Virus record (IMG/VR): IMGVR_UViG_3300030385_002649
Span: 62,001-126,000 of that record
Direction: 5' to 3' (one strand)
DNA length: 64,000 bases
Below are positions 1-8,372 of this stretch, piece after piece. Under the pieces are notes generated by a model. It had not been told where the DNA came from, did no database searches, and worked only from the letters and a program-made list of their open reading frames with translations. The position numbers were made by a program, and so were the translations under genes. Each line of letters opens with the position of its first letter. Positions within the stretch are counted from its first letter, which is position 1.

Positions 1-1
1 C

Positions 2-118
2 GTGTTTTACACGGCTGACATGGTCACATCTGGCACGACGATTATAAAAACAAGATCCGGATGCCTTACTGACAAAATCTGGTATTCAGCACTTTTAGGA
101 GCCAACAATATACAATGA
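2..118 (+). CDS. 5'-truncated small ORF carrying the W-x-S motif of the microprotein family
   Basis: Frame open from the window edge: VFYTADMVTSGTTIIKTRSGCLTDKIWYSALLGANNIQ*. WYSAL resembles WYSAEIL of 10172..10381. Its TGA overlaps an ATG at 115. Confidence 0.45.
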   Translation: MFYTADMVTSGTTIIKTRSGCLTDKIWYSALLGANNIQ

Positions 119-542
119 ATATGTATGATTACAACAACGAAGGTAAAATGCACCTCTAGCCGATATCATTCGAGGCTGGCTTCAAGAGACCTGTCCTGAC
201 TTAACCGTAGTTAAAAACGTCTACGCTAAGCTCCACCTCAAATCAACAATCAACAATCAACAATCAACAATCAAAGAGCATGACTGGCTTCACCTTAACA
301 TAATTGTCAGCAGAGCAACGCTCAACCCCAAGATTATGATCACTGTGGATCGTGATGGCGATGACGAAGTCATGTATTTTCACGAGTTTGTGATTATTGG
401 AGACGGAATCAAGGACTGTAACAATCCTGATGACATCAATTTCGCTTACGACGACGCTTTTCTTGACCGATTTAAGGTTGAGATCGATAAGATCGTAAGC
501 GGAGAATGGTTCGACCAATCCGGGGTCGACGCTGTATCTTGA
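115..542 (+). pseudogene. Probable hypothetical gene with an apparent 2-nt frameshift near 153-159 (track reports only 336..542)
   Basis: ATG115 frame (MNMYDYNNEGKMHL) stops at TAG157-159. The 336..542 frame is open back to 147 (LADIIRGWLQETCPDLTVV...) with no ATG before 336. Removing one CT from cacCTCTagcc joins the two. Confidence 0.4.
241..275 (+). repeat. 7-bp tandem repeat (AATCAAC)x4 + AATCAAA
   Basis: Read directly at 241-275. Confidence 0.95.
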
Positions 543-600
543 CGCTTGGGACTTTCCGTGTTCCAATTTTCTTTCACTTCCAACCCCAAGAGGGTAATCA

Positions 601-1065
601 ATGACTACTGCTAAAATGACCAACGTTGCTGTGGGCCAAGTGTGGTATTGTAACGAGGGCTCAGGCACTCGTTACATCGAAATCACAGGTGTCGTCCCAG
701 GACAAAGCGTCCGATACACAACTTACGCTAAATGGGCCTGGCCTGACCGTAAGCGTTATCCGACCGACTCCACCATGAAAACGCAATCGTTGATCGCTAG
801 CTATAAGTTGGCAACTTCGATTCAAGTGGCAACTTTGTTGCGCCGTCAACCGGTGACCGGAACCAAGACTGCTGGCGCTCCTCCGTATGACGCTGCTCGC
901 CACGTCGCAGCCGAAATGATATCTATCAATAAAAAGCTGGGCGTTATCGGCCAAAACCAAGCTCAATTTCGGGCTGACTTCGCAAACACCATGAAGCGTC
1001 TGCATGACAAACAGAACCGACTTGAAGAGAAGCTCGACAGCCTTCTCGAATCCCTTGGAGGGTAA
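601..1065 (+). CDS. hypothetical protein (154 aa), C-terminal coiled coil
   Basis: ORF with AGAGGG RBS-like sequence upstream; followed by 1068 after 2 nt. Confidence 0.75.
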   Translation: MTTAKMTNVAVGQVWYCNEGSGTRYIEITGVVPGQSVRYTTYAKWAWPDRKRYPTDSTMKTQSLIASYKLATSIQVATLLRRQPVTGTKTAGAPPYDAARHVAAEMISINKKLGVIGQNQAQFRADFANTMKRLHDKQNRLEEKLDSLLESLGG

Positions 1066-1067
1066 TC

Positions 1068-1349
1068 ATGAGAGACACAATGCAAGACCCAATCGTACGG
1101 TACACGTGCGATTGGTGTAAAAAGGTCGACTACGTTCGGAATCTTAAGGACGTCTATAAGAAAACCAGTCCAGAGACGTGGGTTCACAACAACGGGGAGG
1201 GGCCAGGAGAGGATTTCTGCTCCTCCGGGTGTCGATCACAGTCTGAAGTCGCCTGGGAGCAAGGAATAGACGCTGCTCTTAACGCTCAGACTGACAAATG
1301 GGAGACGATCCGAATAGCTAGCGCGCTGGAGCGTCGAGCCTTCAAATGA
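1068..1349 (+). CDS. small Zn-binding hypothetical (CDWC...CSSGC)
   Basis: GGAGGG RBS; paired Cys motifs; ATGA overlap with the next gene. Confidence 0.7.
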   Translation: MRDTMQDPIVRYTCDWCKKVDYVRNLKDVYKKTSPETWVHNNGEGPGEDFCSSGCRSQSEVAWEQGIDAALNAQTDKWETIRIASALERRAFK

Positions 1350-1567
1350 GCAACATGACTACTAATACAAAGACTGATATGCTTAAACTGTTACGACCTG
1401 ATTGGACCGAAGAGGATCTTGCAGTTCATGGCCCTAATTGTAGGTGCGGACATAGCATTTACAACCATGAGGGCGGTCAATGGCCTATGGAACAATGTTG
1501 TTATCTTGATTGCGATTGTATTACCAACGCTACGTGGTTATCAAGCACGATTAAATGGGAGGCTTAA
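1346..1567 (+). CDS. CxC/W-x-S microprotein family member (73 aa)
   Basis: CRCGHSIYNH...CCYLDCDC...WLSSTI; ATGA-coupled. Confidence 0.7.
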   Translation: MSNMTTNTKTDMLKLLRPDWTEEDLAVHGPNCRCGHSIYNHEGGQWPMEQCCYLDCDCITNATWLSSTIKWEA

Positions 1568-1620
1568 TATTTATTTTGTTTATGATAAGTATTTAACAAT
1601 TAACCAAAGGAATAATTCCT

Positions 1621-2718
1621 ATGAAACTGGAATCAAGACCATACCAGGAACGGATCCACGCTAAAGCGTTGGGTTTCCTGGAGACTGACACCGGTAACGT
1701 AACCAACTCCGTAATGATCGAATCCCCCACAGGGTCCGGCAAAACCATTATGGGGTTGAAACTTGTCCAGCACCTAGCTGAGCAAGGTATGAACATTGGG
1801 TGGGTTGCGCACAGACGCGAACTTCTCAAACAAGCGATGGGCGCTAACAGGGACTTCTTTGGAATCGAAGGAGTTGAGTATATCTCGCTGTTTACTCGTC
1901 AACCACAGCAATACGCCCATTGCGACGTGATCGTGGTTGACGAGTGCCAGCACGACGCTAGCAAAACAGCAACAATGCTGCACGACGTGATCCGTCCTAA
2001 GATCATTATTGGGTTGTCAGCTACACCCTATAGAACTGACAACGCTCAGTTGTGCTTCTCTAGGGTCATTAGGGACGCTGGAATTCACCAGCTAATCCGA
2101 GAGGGCTTCCTTGCCGAATTTAAGCAATGGATTGTCGAGGACGATTGGACGCCAGAAGTGGTGGCTAATACTTATCTTCAGCAACCTGAGATTTGGGGCA
2201 AGTCGGTCATTTACTTCTTGACTAAGGACGACGCTGAAGCTTGTAACGCTATCTTGGAAGCTAACGGCGTTCGGTCCGGTTGCGTGGTTGGTGATAAGCC
2301 TCGTGACCACCTTTTGGAGGGCTTTCATGGCGACACTCTTGACGTGTTGACAAACGTTATGGTTCTTACTGAGGGTTTCGATTATCCTGCTTTGCAGACT
2401 GTATTTGTTAGGCCCTCTTCGCGGGGTCCGACTGTGCAAATGGCTGGGCGTGGGTTTCGGATTTATCCCGGTCAGGACAGCATCAATATCGTCCAGTCTA
2501 GAGCCACCAAGTATCCGTTCACTCGTCATGCCCGTCCATTGGAGCAGTGGCAGAGACTCCACGGAAAATGGCGAAACGTGAGCCCTAAGGATCTAGCACC
2601 TTTGTTCAAGTCGCAGATCGCGAGAGTCTCTGACGCCCAGGTTGCGTTACCCACTTTTCTGACCAAGCAAATGGGCAAGAAGAACATTTTTGCAAGTATC
2701 ATGGGCCCTCAGAAGTGA
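1621..2718 (+). CDS. SF2 DExH helicase (ResIII/UvsW-like)
   Basis: Walker A PTGSGKT, DECQH, SAT, TEGFD, QMAGRGFR motifs. Confidence 0.93.
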   Translation: MKLESRPYQERIHAKALGFLETDTGNVTNSVMIESPTGSGKTIMGLKLVQHLAEQGMNIGWVAHRRELLKQAMGANRDFFGIEGVEYISLFTRQPQQYAHCDVIVVDECQHDASKTATMLHDVIRPKIIIGLSATPYRTDNAQLCFSRVIRDAGIHQLIREGFLAEFKQWIVEDDWTPEVVANTYLQQPEIWGKSVIYFLTKDDAEACNAILEANGVRSGCVVGDKPRDHLLEGFHGDTLDVLTNVMVLTEGFDYPALQTVFVRPSSRGPTVQMAGRGFRIYPGQDSINIVQSRATKYPFTRHARPLEQWQRLHGKWRNVSPKDLAPLFKSQIARVSDAQVALPTFLTKQMGKKNIFASIMGPQK

Positions 2719-2725
2719 ACCCAGA

Positions 2726-2766
2726 CTCCCAGTGTCGCCATTGCGAATATGGGGGCCTTTTTTGTT
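2726..2766 (+). terminator. probable intrinsic terminator after the helicase
   Basis: Imperfect stem CTCCCAGTGTCGC-catt-GCGAATATGGGGG followed by CCTTTTTTGTT. Confidence 0.55.
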
Positions 2767-2903
2767 CCCATTGCATGAATTGTATGAGGGACAATTGCTT
2801 TTGGTATTCTTCAGTTTTAATTCAGAAGAATTACTTTTACTCAACCAAACAATTAACGAGGCCAACATATGAGCGACCAAAACAAGTCTAAAGGAAAACG
2901 ACA

Positions 2904-4061
2904 ATGAGTAACAACATGCAGGACCGGACGGTATCAACTCTCCGATCAGAAGGGCTGACCTTTGGCGAGCATTATGTCAAGCTAGGAGACGTGCTTTGTC
3001 GCAAGACTAAGGACTACAACGAAAAGGCCGGGGCAGGAAGTCGCAACAACCTCCTCAGTACCGCACTCGAATGGAGCAATAGCACTTTCTTCCCAAGCGG
3101 ACGATTCTGGCTCTCATTCTGTGCTAAAGTTGGAATTAGCCCGAGTGTTTTCAACCTTTTCACCCATGAGGAAGTGTTCAACCGTTGCCGAGATCGAAAC
3201 AAGGTCAGCGAGAGCGGCAATATCCGAATCGTAGAGGAAAAGAAGAGCAAAGACCTCCTAGCTATCAGCGATCCCAGCAAGGGCATTATTCATTGGGAGA
3301 ACGCCTATAAGATCGTGGAAGAGAAAAAGGGAACTGGAGTTTATTACAACGAAGGTGTTGTCTCTTCTCTTCACAGGCTCCAGAACGATACCCCGGTCCG
3401 AGTTGGGATTGAGGATTATGAGCCTCGGATTCAGGTCATGATTCCGATTGACGGTTATGGTTCCCCTACTGTCTATCTGGCTCTGGTCAGAAAGGCCAAC
3501 AACGCTGTGATCGTTGCTATGGGCAAGGCTTTCAAGTCTACGGTCAAGGTGTCTAAGAAGAAGAAAGCTGATCCGATTGAATTCTCTTTGGAGCGCATGT
3601 TCGATTCGTTCAGTAATGACGAGGGTTTCGACGCTCTAATCCGACGAATGGACGCTGCTCGCCACGCTCCTTTGTCAGTTCGGGAGTTTCATGAGATTCA
3701 GAAGATCTTGTCCAATCTCCCTAGGGATATTCGGGCTCAGAATGAGATTGATCGAATGATCCGTCCTGAGGTTCGGTTCTTCAACCGTCTAGCTGGCGAT
3801 CTTCACTTGAAGTATGGGCTTGCTCACCTTCAGGAAATGACTGAGAAGCAAATGGGCTTGCTGGAGACTGATATCTCTGTGTATGAGGCTTTCAACTTTA
3901 TCTCAGAATTGACCACTCACCACCTTGATTATCAGAACAATTCTGAGGCTAACGTTGCTGGAAAACTTCAGTCTTGGATTGGTCGTGTTTTGGCTCGTGC
4001 TTATGACCTTGAGGGCACGATCTCCCAGCCTAAGAAGAGCTACCTAGACCGTTACCTGTAA
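2904..4061 (+). CDS. DUF932/DUF945-like hypothetical protein (385 aa)
   Basis: LAISDPSK and PIDGYGSPTVYLALVR segments resemble, from memory, a DUF932-type family seen in planctomycetes; not searched. Confidence 0.5.
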   Translation: MSNNMQDRTVSTLRSEGLTFGEHYVKLGDVLCRKTKDYNEKAGAGSRNNLLSTALEWSNSTFFPSGRFWLSFCAKVGISPSVFNLFTHEEVFNRCRDRNKVSESGNIRIVEEKKSKDLLAISDPSKGIIHWENAYKIVEEKKGTGVYYNEGVVSSLHRLQNDTPVRVGIEDYEPRIQVMIPIDGYGSPTVYLALVRKANNAVIVAMGKAFKSTVKVSKKKKADPIEFSLERMFDSFSNDEGFDALIRRMDAARHAPLSVREFHEIQKILSNLPRDIRAQNEIDRMIRPEVRFFNRLAGDLHLKYGLAHLQEMTEKQMGLLETDISVYEAFNFISELTTHHLDYQNNSEANVAGKLQSWIGRVLARAYDLEGTISQPKKSYLDRYL

Positions 4062-4240
4062 TGGTTGATCTAAGCGAAGTTCCCTGGATTTGTAGGTGTA
4101 CCCATGAATGGGAGGATCACACCTACGACACTTCGCCTGGCTTTTGGGCTCCTCGGGGCTGTGAAGTTGAACACTGCATCTGTGACAACTGGCAACCCTG
4201 GCTTTCATGGCAAGTTTATTACGATTGGATTTCGAGATGA
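4061..4240 (+). CDS. CxC/W-x-S microprotein (59 aa), not in ORF track
   Basis: MVDLSEVPWICRCTHEWEDHTYDTSPGFWAPRGCEVEHCICDNWQPWLSWQVYYDWISR*; TAATG overlap upstream, ATGA overlap downstream. Confidence 0.75.
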   Translation: MVDLSEVPWICRCTHEWEDHTYDTSPGFWAPRGCEVEHCICDNWQPWLSWQVYYDWISR

Positions 4241-4548
4241 CTGACAACTTTGGGTTTGGGTTTAAATTCAACGATTGGTTTCGTTATTACTCGCCCTCTA
4301 AATTTAACAAATTCTCTAGAGAGCATGATTTAGATATGTACGGAGAAGATATTAACGCACTCCAAGCACTTTTCAAAAAGTACGGATACGATTCTCTCCG
4401 TGGACAACTCGATGAGTTCATGGATCAAGAACCCAAGTCCTTGAAGTTTCCAACGCCGATGAAGAATGTCGAAGTTCCTTACACCGATCCGGACTGTGCT
4501 GGGTGTGGAGTTGGACCCGACGAGGACTGCATCGAATCACGACATTAA
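4237..4548 (+). CDS. hypothetical protein with C-terminal CAGC...C motif
   Basis: Track ORF 4207..4548; ATG4237 overlaps the stop of 4061..4240 (ATGA) and is the likelier start. Confidence 0.65.
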   Translation: MTDNFGFGFKFNDWFRYYSPSKFNKFSREHDLDMYGEDINALQALFKKYGYDSLRGQLDEFMDQEPKSLKFPTPMKNVEVPYTDPDCAGCGVGPDEDCIESRH

Positions 4549-5639
4549 GCTTCCGGAGTCGCAACGTAAGTTATGACAACCTCCTGAACGTTGCCAGTTT
4601 CACGAGCTTTAGCTAGGGCGGCAGTAACAGCTGTCCTGGCCGCGTCAACCCCACTGTAAGAGTTGACCTGAACAACATCATTGTCTTTCACAACGAAAGT
4701 CAACTCTTCAGTGACGTTAACAGTATCAACAATTTCAAGACCGTAAGTCGCTCTTGGATACTTGATTGGATTATGAATCGTAACTGAGTTAGAGCCCGCA
4801 AATAAAAGGCCGACAGCGTTACGATTCATGTCCATCAACAGACTGCCAGAGTCTCCACCCTGGCTCATAACGCCAGTTATGATTTGGTCTTGGAATTTTA
4901 GAGTTCCAATGCCATAATCAACCCAAACTGTGGCGTTAAGACCAATGATATTGCCTGTTGTGTGACCTGTGGTTCGCCCTGTTTTTTGAACTGCCATGCT
5001 CATTGTTGGGTTGTCATTAAAGGCAACGATTGAACCGATGTCTTTAATGGCTTCTTCGACAAGGTTTTCGTTATCAATAACGGCAATGGCGGAGTCTTCC
5101 ACGTTATAACCGTAGATTCTGTGCCAGTTGGCTGCGTCCCATGTCCTTTGTCTAGCATTAATAAGAGGGCGGAAGTACTTGAGGAGACCGATTCTATCTC
5201 TTGTGCCTCCTCCGTCGTACCTGCCTGGTTGAATAGCCATGTGTCCTCTTGAACCACGATTTTCCGCTGCGAGGACGTGATTGTTGGATAGGATGACTAG
5301 GTCGCCTTCACGGTCTCGAAACACTCCGCCGATGGTTCCCGCTGTTACCCAGAGGTGCCCGCATGAGATTCCTGGGGCAGCTGGTCGTTCTTTACTGGTG
5401 TAGGGGTGGGCTGAGATTTTACCGACTCGGCCAACTACGTCGGTTTTAACCCCTTCAATTTCATCTTCAATGATGTCTGAAGGTTTTAACTGGCTCTTTG
5501 GGACTTTTTCACTAACGAGGACAATTAGGGCGTCCTCGTCGGTGGGTTTTCCGTCTACCCATTTCTTGCCTGTAGCAACTGCTACGACGTTCTTTTTCTT
5601 GTGTAGACGATCACCATGGGCTTCAACTAGGTTTTTCAT
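4545..5639 (-). CDS. trypsin-like (S1) serine protease, Nal1-like architecture
   Basis: AGTIG, LSNNHVL (His), EDSAIA (Asp), KTGRTTG, GGDSGS (Ser); N-terminal VVAVATGKK...LVSEKVP...EIEGVKTDV prodomain-like segment. Confidence 0.88.
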   Translation of the reverse strand: MKNLVEAHGDRLHKKKNVVAVATGKKWVDGKPTDEDALIVLVSEKVPKSQLKPSDIIEDEIEGVKTDVVGRVGKISAHPYTSKERPAAPGISCGHLWVTAGTIGGVFRDREGDLVILSNNHVLAAENRGSRGHMAIQPGRYDGGGTRDRIGLLKYFRPLINARQRTWDAANWHRIYGYNVEDSAIAVIDNENLVEEAIKDIGSIVAFNDNPTMSMAVQKTGRTTGHTTGNIIGLNATVWVDYGIGTLKFQDQIITGVMSQGGDSGSLLMDMNRNAVGLLFAGSNSVTIHNPIKYPRATYGLEIVDTVNVTEELTFVVKDNDVVQVNSYSGVDAARTAVTAALAKARETGNVQEVVITYVATPEA

Positions 5640-5643
5640 AACC

Positions 5644-5650
5644 TATTTTT
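5644..5650 (-). promoter_or_regulatory. AAAAATA putative late promoter
   Basis: 4 nt upstream of the protease ATG5639. Confidence 0.45.
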
Positions 5651-5653
5651 CAA

Positions 5654-6061
5654 CTAATCGGGTGATTCGACTGCGCCACCTTTAACAGTTCCATACCTAT
5701 TATTGGACGTGCGTTTCTTCTCTTTGTTCAATTTCTTAGGAGAATAACTCTCAAGCCCAAACAGCCGTCTGGCATCGTTTAGCTGAATAACTGGCAGTTC
5801 GTTGTCGGTCACTAAGTCTCTTAGAATGTTAGAGACGGTTTGTTCAAGGTATGTCGGGCCTAGTGACTTCTGCTCGGGGCTGGGGTGAGCTAGACACTCA
5901 CCGTTTTTAATGGCTGCTTGAACATGGTGCAGGGTATATCCTGCTCCATTCAGCAATTTTTTAAGGCGGCTGTCACCTTTATTCAATCTTCGGCTGACTT
6001 TTCTGAACACATATTGTGGGAATGGTTCGCCTGATTGTTCATGTAAGGTGTAGAGCTTCAT
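5654..6061 (-). CDS. hypothetical basic protein, MKLYTLHE leader
   Basis: 135-aa ORF co-oriented with the protease; TAAATA 6 nt upstream of the ATG. Confidence 0.65.
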   Translation of the reverse strand: MKLYTLHEQSGEPFPQYVFRKVSRRLNKGDSRLKKLLNGAGYTLHHVQAAIKNGECLAHPSPEQKSLGPTYLEQTVSNILRDLVTDNELPVIQLNDARRLFGLESYSPKKLNKEKKRTSNNRYGTVKGGAVESPD

Positions 6062-6172
6062 TCATTATATTTATCTTTAGTATTCTAATCGCATGGAGGG
6101 AATGAGGGAATTGATTTTATGTATTTAACTCTTGCGATTAAAGCAACTTCATAAAAAGCAAAGAGAACTAAA

Positions 6173-7462
6173 ATGAGCACAGTAACAGAACAACACATGC
6201 TAATCTTCACAGATATCGACAATAACAATAACAAGTTTTGGGAGGGCGTCTTAAAGGATGACAACACTCTTACTTGTCGATGGGGACGGGTTGGAGAACG
6301 AGGACAAAGCCGCGATTTCTCCGGAGGAGCCAAGAAATTGGCAGCCAAGTTGCGTGAGAAAAAGCGCAAGGGCTATGAAGAGGCCATGATCCTTAAAGAG
6401 ACCGGCCCTGCAGTTAGTGTTGGGAAGAGCCGACTTAAAAAGGTCGCGGCCAAGCAGATTGATCACGGATCGTGCGCGGAAACATCAACTCTCATTGAAT
6501 TCCTGGTTAAAGTCAACCGACACCAAATTTCTGCTGCCTCTGGTGGTAAGATTTTCATCGATGACGACGACGGGCTGATCAGAACTCCTCTTGGGGTTGT
6601 CAACCAGGAAGCTATCGATGCTGCTCGGATCTTCCTCACGGACATTGGCGATTGCGTCCAAGTTAAGTCCTACACTACTAAAAAATGGAAGGAAGCGGTC
6701 AACAAGTTCACTAGGCTTATCCCCCAGGACGTCGGTCGTGGTAGGGGGTGGGATAAGAAACTCTTCCCTAACATCTCGGCTGTTCGAAAGCAGAATGATT
6801 TGTTGGATTCGCTGCAGACCACTCTCACTCACGTCTTGGATAACCCTGCCAAGACTAAAGCTGATGCGAAGGAGGAAGATGTCTTCAAGGTTAAGCTTGT
6901 CCCGTTGACTGATGATAAAGTTCTTTCTCACATTAGGAGCTTCTATTATAAGAGTGTGAAGAAGATGCACTCTAGTTATGGGATGAAAATCAGCCGAGCA
7001 TGGGTCGTGGACATCGAGACGATGCGTAAAAAGTACGAAACTGATGGGGCGGGGCTGAGCAACGTCTGGGAGCTTTGGCACGGTACAAAGGCTTCGAACG
7101 TCCTCTCCATCTTAAAGGGTGGCCTGGTTATTCCCCCATCAACAGCAGGTCACGTATGTGGTCGGATGTTCGGCGATGGTCTTTACTTCTCTGACCAGAG
7201 CACGAAGTCTTTGAACTATGCTACTGGTTATTGGGACGGGTCGTCGGAGGAACGTTGTTTCATGTTCATGTCGGACGTGGCGATGGGCGAGACTTACGTT
7301 CCTAAGTCGACCTATTGGGGTCAATCTAACACTAAGAGTTGTCCTAAGGGCTATGATAGCACGTTCGCTAAGGCTAACGTTTCTGGCGTTCAGAATAACG
7401 AAATGATCGTTTATAGGACTTCTCAGGCTAACTTGAGATTTCTCGTTGAATTCGTCCGTTAA
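6173..7462 (+). CDS. poly(ADP-ribose) polymerase-like protein (WGR + regulatory + catalytic)
   Basis: WGR domain (CRWGRVGERGQ...EKKRKGY), helical regulatory region, catalytic LWHGT, MFGDGLYFSDQSTKSLNY, NNEMIVY. Confidence 0.93.
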   Translation: MSTVTEQHMLIFTDIDNNNNKFWEGVLKDDNTLTCRWGRVGERGQSRDFSGGAKKLAAKLREKKRKGYEEAMILKETGPAVSVGKSRLKKVAAKQIDHGSCAETSTLIEFLVKVNRHQISAASGGKIFIDDDDGLIRTPLGVVNQEAIDAARIFLTDIGDCVQVKSYTTKKWKEAVNKFTRLIPQDVGRGRGWDKKLFPNISAVRKQNDLLDSLQTTLTHVLDNPAKTKADAKEEDVFKVKLVPLTDDKVLSHIRSFYYKSVKKMHSSYGMKISRAWVVDIETMRKKYETDGAGLSNVWELWHGTKASNVLSILKGGLVIPPSTAGHVCGRMFGDGLYFSDQSTKSLNYATGYWDGSSEERCFMFMSDVAMGETYVPKSTYWGQSNTKSCPKGYDSTFAKANVSGVQNNEMIVYRTSQANLRFLVEFVR

Positions 7463-7601
7463 GTGGAGATGCAAATGGTGTGGATACCCCTGGGAACACA
7501 TTAACTCAGACGTTACTTGGAAATGCTCGCCAGAAAATTGTTACAATTACAGAATTTGGTTCTCTTATAATGTGCAAATAGACAGGCCATTCCCGGTATG
7601 A
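7446..7601 (+). CDS. Cys/His microprotein, array 1 member A (51 aa, TTG start), not in ORF track
   Basis: MNSSVKWRCKWCGYPWEHINSDVTWKCSPENCYNYRIWFSYNVQIDRPFPV*; overlaps the PARP stop by 17 nt; ATGA overlap with the next ORF. Confidence 0.6.
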   Translation: MNSSVKWRCKWCGYPWEHINSDVTWKCSPENCYNYRIWFSYNVQIDRPFPV

Positions 7602-7753
7602 GCGCGTTTAATGATGCTTTTCAGGATTGTAAGTGTGGCACGGTTTGGCATCATTTCCACGTCGGGTTTCACTGCTGGCATAGTTACCAAATTCGAGCCT
7701 GGAGAATAGAACTTTATGAAGAAGACGCAGGAATTGTGATCGATGGCTTGTAA
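7598..7753 (+). CDS. Cys/His microprotein, array 1 member B (51 aa), not in ORF track
   Basis: MSAFNDAFQDCKCGTVWHHFHVGFHCWHSYQIRAWRIELYEEDAGIVIDGL*. Confidence 0.75.
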   Translation: MSAFNDAFQDCKCGTVWHHFHVGFHCWHSYQIRAWRIELYEEDAGIVIDGL

Positions 7754-7754
7754 T

Positions 7755-7889
7755 GTGATTGATAATTTTCCTTGTCGGTGCGGACCGGATCCTGATCATT
7801 TCCAAGAAAATTGCTGGTACAGCTACCAAATCAAGTTCTGGGAAGCACCGATCAAGGTTTACCCTTTAATTAGTGGGGAAAAGATCTGA
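7755..7889 (+). CDS. Cys/His microprotein, array 1 member C (44 aa, GTG start), not in ORF track
   Basis: MIDNFPCRCGPDPDHFQENCWYSYQIKFWEAPIKVYPLISGEKI*; TGATG overlap with 7889. Confidence 0.75.
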   Translation: MIDNFPCRCGPDPDHFQENCWYSYQIKFWEAPIKVYPLISGEKI

Positions 7890-8188
7890 TGGAGATAGGT
7901 ATTGACCTTTTCCCGTGTTCTAATCTTATTTCGGGGGACAAAGACATGCTGAAAGATGAAGTTCTCACGTTGTGCAGATGTAAGGAGGAAAGCATCACCC
8001 ATTGGGAAGAAAATTGCTGGTATAGTTATCAACTTCCCAGGTGGTCTAAGGGTGTTGTCCGGCACGATCATTTGAGGTGTGACTTCCCGGCGTGGGCTCG
8101 GCTGTTGGTTGAGGCTCGTGGTAGAGTTGAGGATCCTGCGATTGCGATGGACAAATTGTTGATGGAATTTGAAACTCATGGTTTGTAG
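7889..8188 (+). CDS. Cys/His microprotein, array 1 member D (99 aa)
   Basis: LCRCKEESITHWEENCWYSYQLPRW core plus a C-terminal helical extension. Confidence 0.75.
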   Translation: MEIGIDLFPCSNLISGDKDMLKDEVLTLCRCKEESITHWEENCWYSYQLPRWSKGVVRHDHLRCDFPAWARLLVEARGRVEDPAIAMDKLLMEFETHGL

Positions 8189-8324
8189 ATGCCATTATGA
8201 AGTGTCGATGGTCCATTGGGGGAAAACTTGTTGGATTTCTTATCGAATCCCTAGATATAGGAAGACCGTTAGATTGGATTATCCAACAATTCATCGGCTT
8301 AACAAAGTGAAGGACTTATTATGA
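8178..8324 (+). CDS. Cys/His microprotein, array 1 member E (48 aa), not in ORF track
   Basis: MVCRCHYEVSMVHWGKTCWISYRIPRYRKTVRLDYPTIHRLNKVKDLL*; 11-nt overlap with D. Confidence 0.72.
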   Translation: MVCRCHYEVSMVHWGKTCWISYRIPRYRKTVRLDYPTIHRLNKVKDLL

Positions 8325-8372
8325 AATTTTGCGTATTTTACTCTTTAAGAGTTCCAAAAACGAGGAGGAAAC

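Noticed and set aside
241-275. CRISPR-like or iteron interpretation of the 7-bp repeat
   Set aside because: Units are contiguous, without spacers, and lie inside an open frame.
264-668. Minus-strand 134-aa ORF and other antisense ORFs over known genes (e.g. 6485..7081, 11337..11687, 18599..19129, 60659..61408)
   Set aside because: They overlap better-supported genes on the other strand and have no recognisable motifs or RBS.
7446-8324. Structured ncRNA or DNA-level repeat filling the gap after PARP
   Set aside because: The gap is fully tiled by coupled ORFs with synonymous (TCN/AGY) variation, which points to protein-level conservation.
7446-8324. Calling the microproteins PBZ (PAR-binding zinc fingers)
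   Set aside because: PBZ is C-C-H-H with different spacing; these are CxC-H-C. PAR binding remains only a hypothesis.
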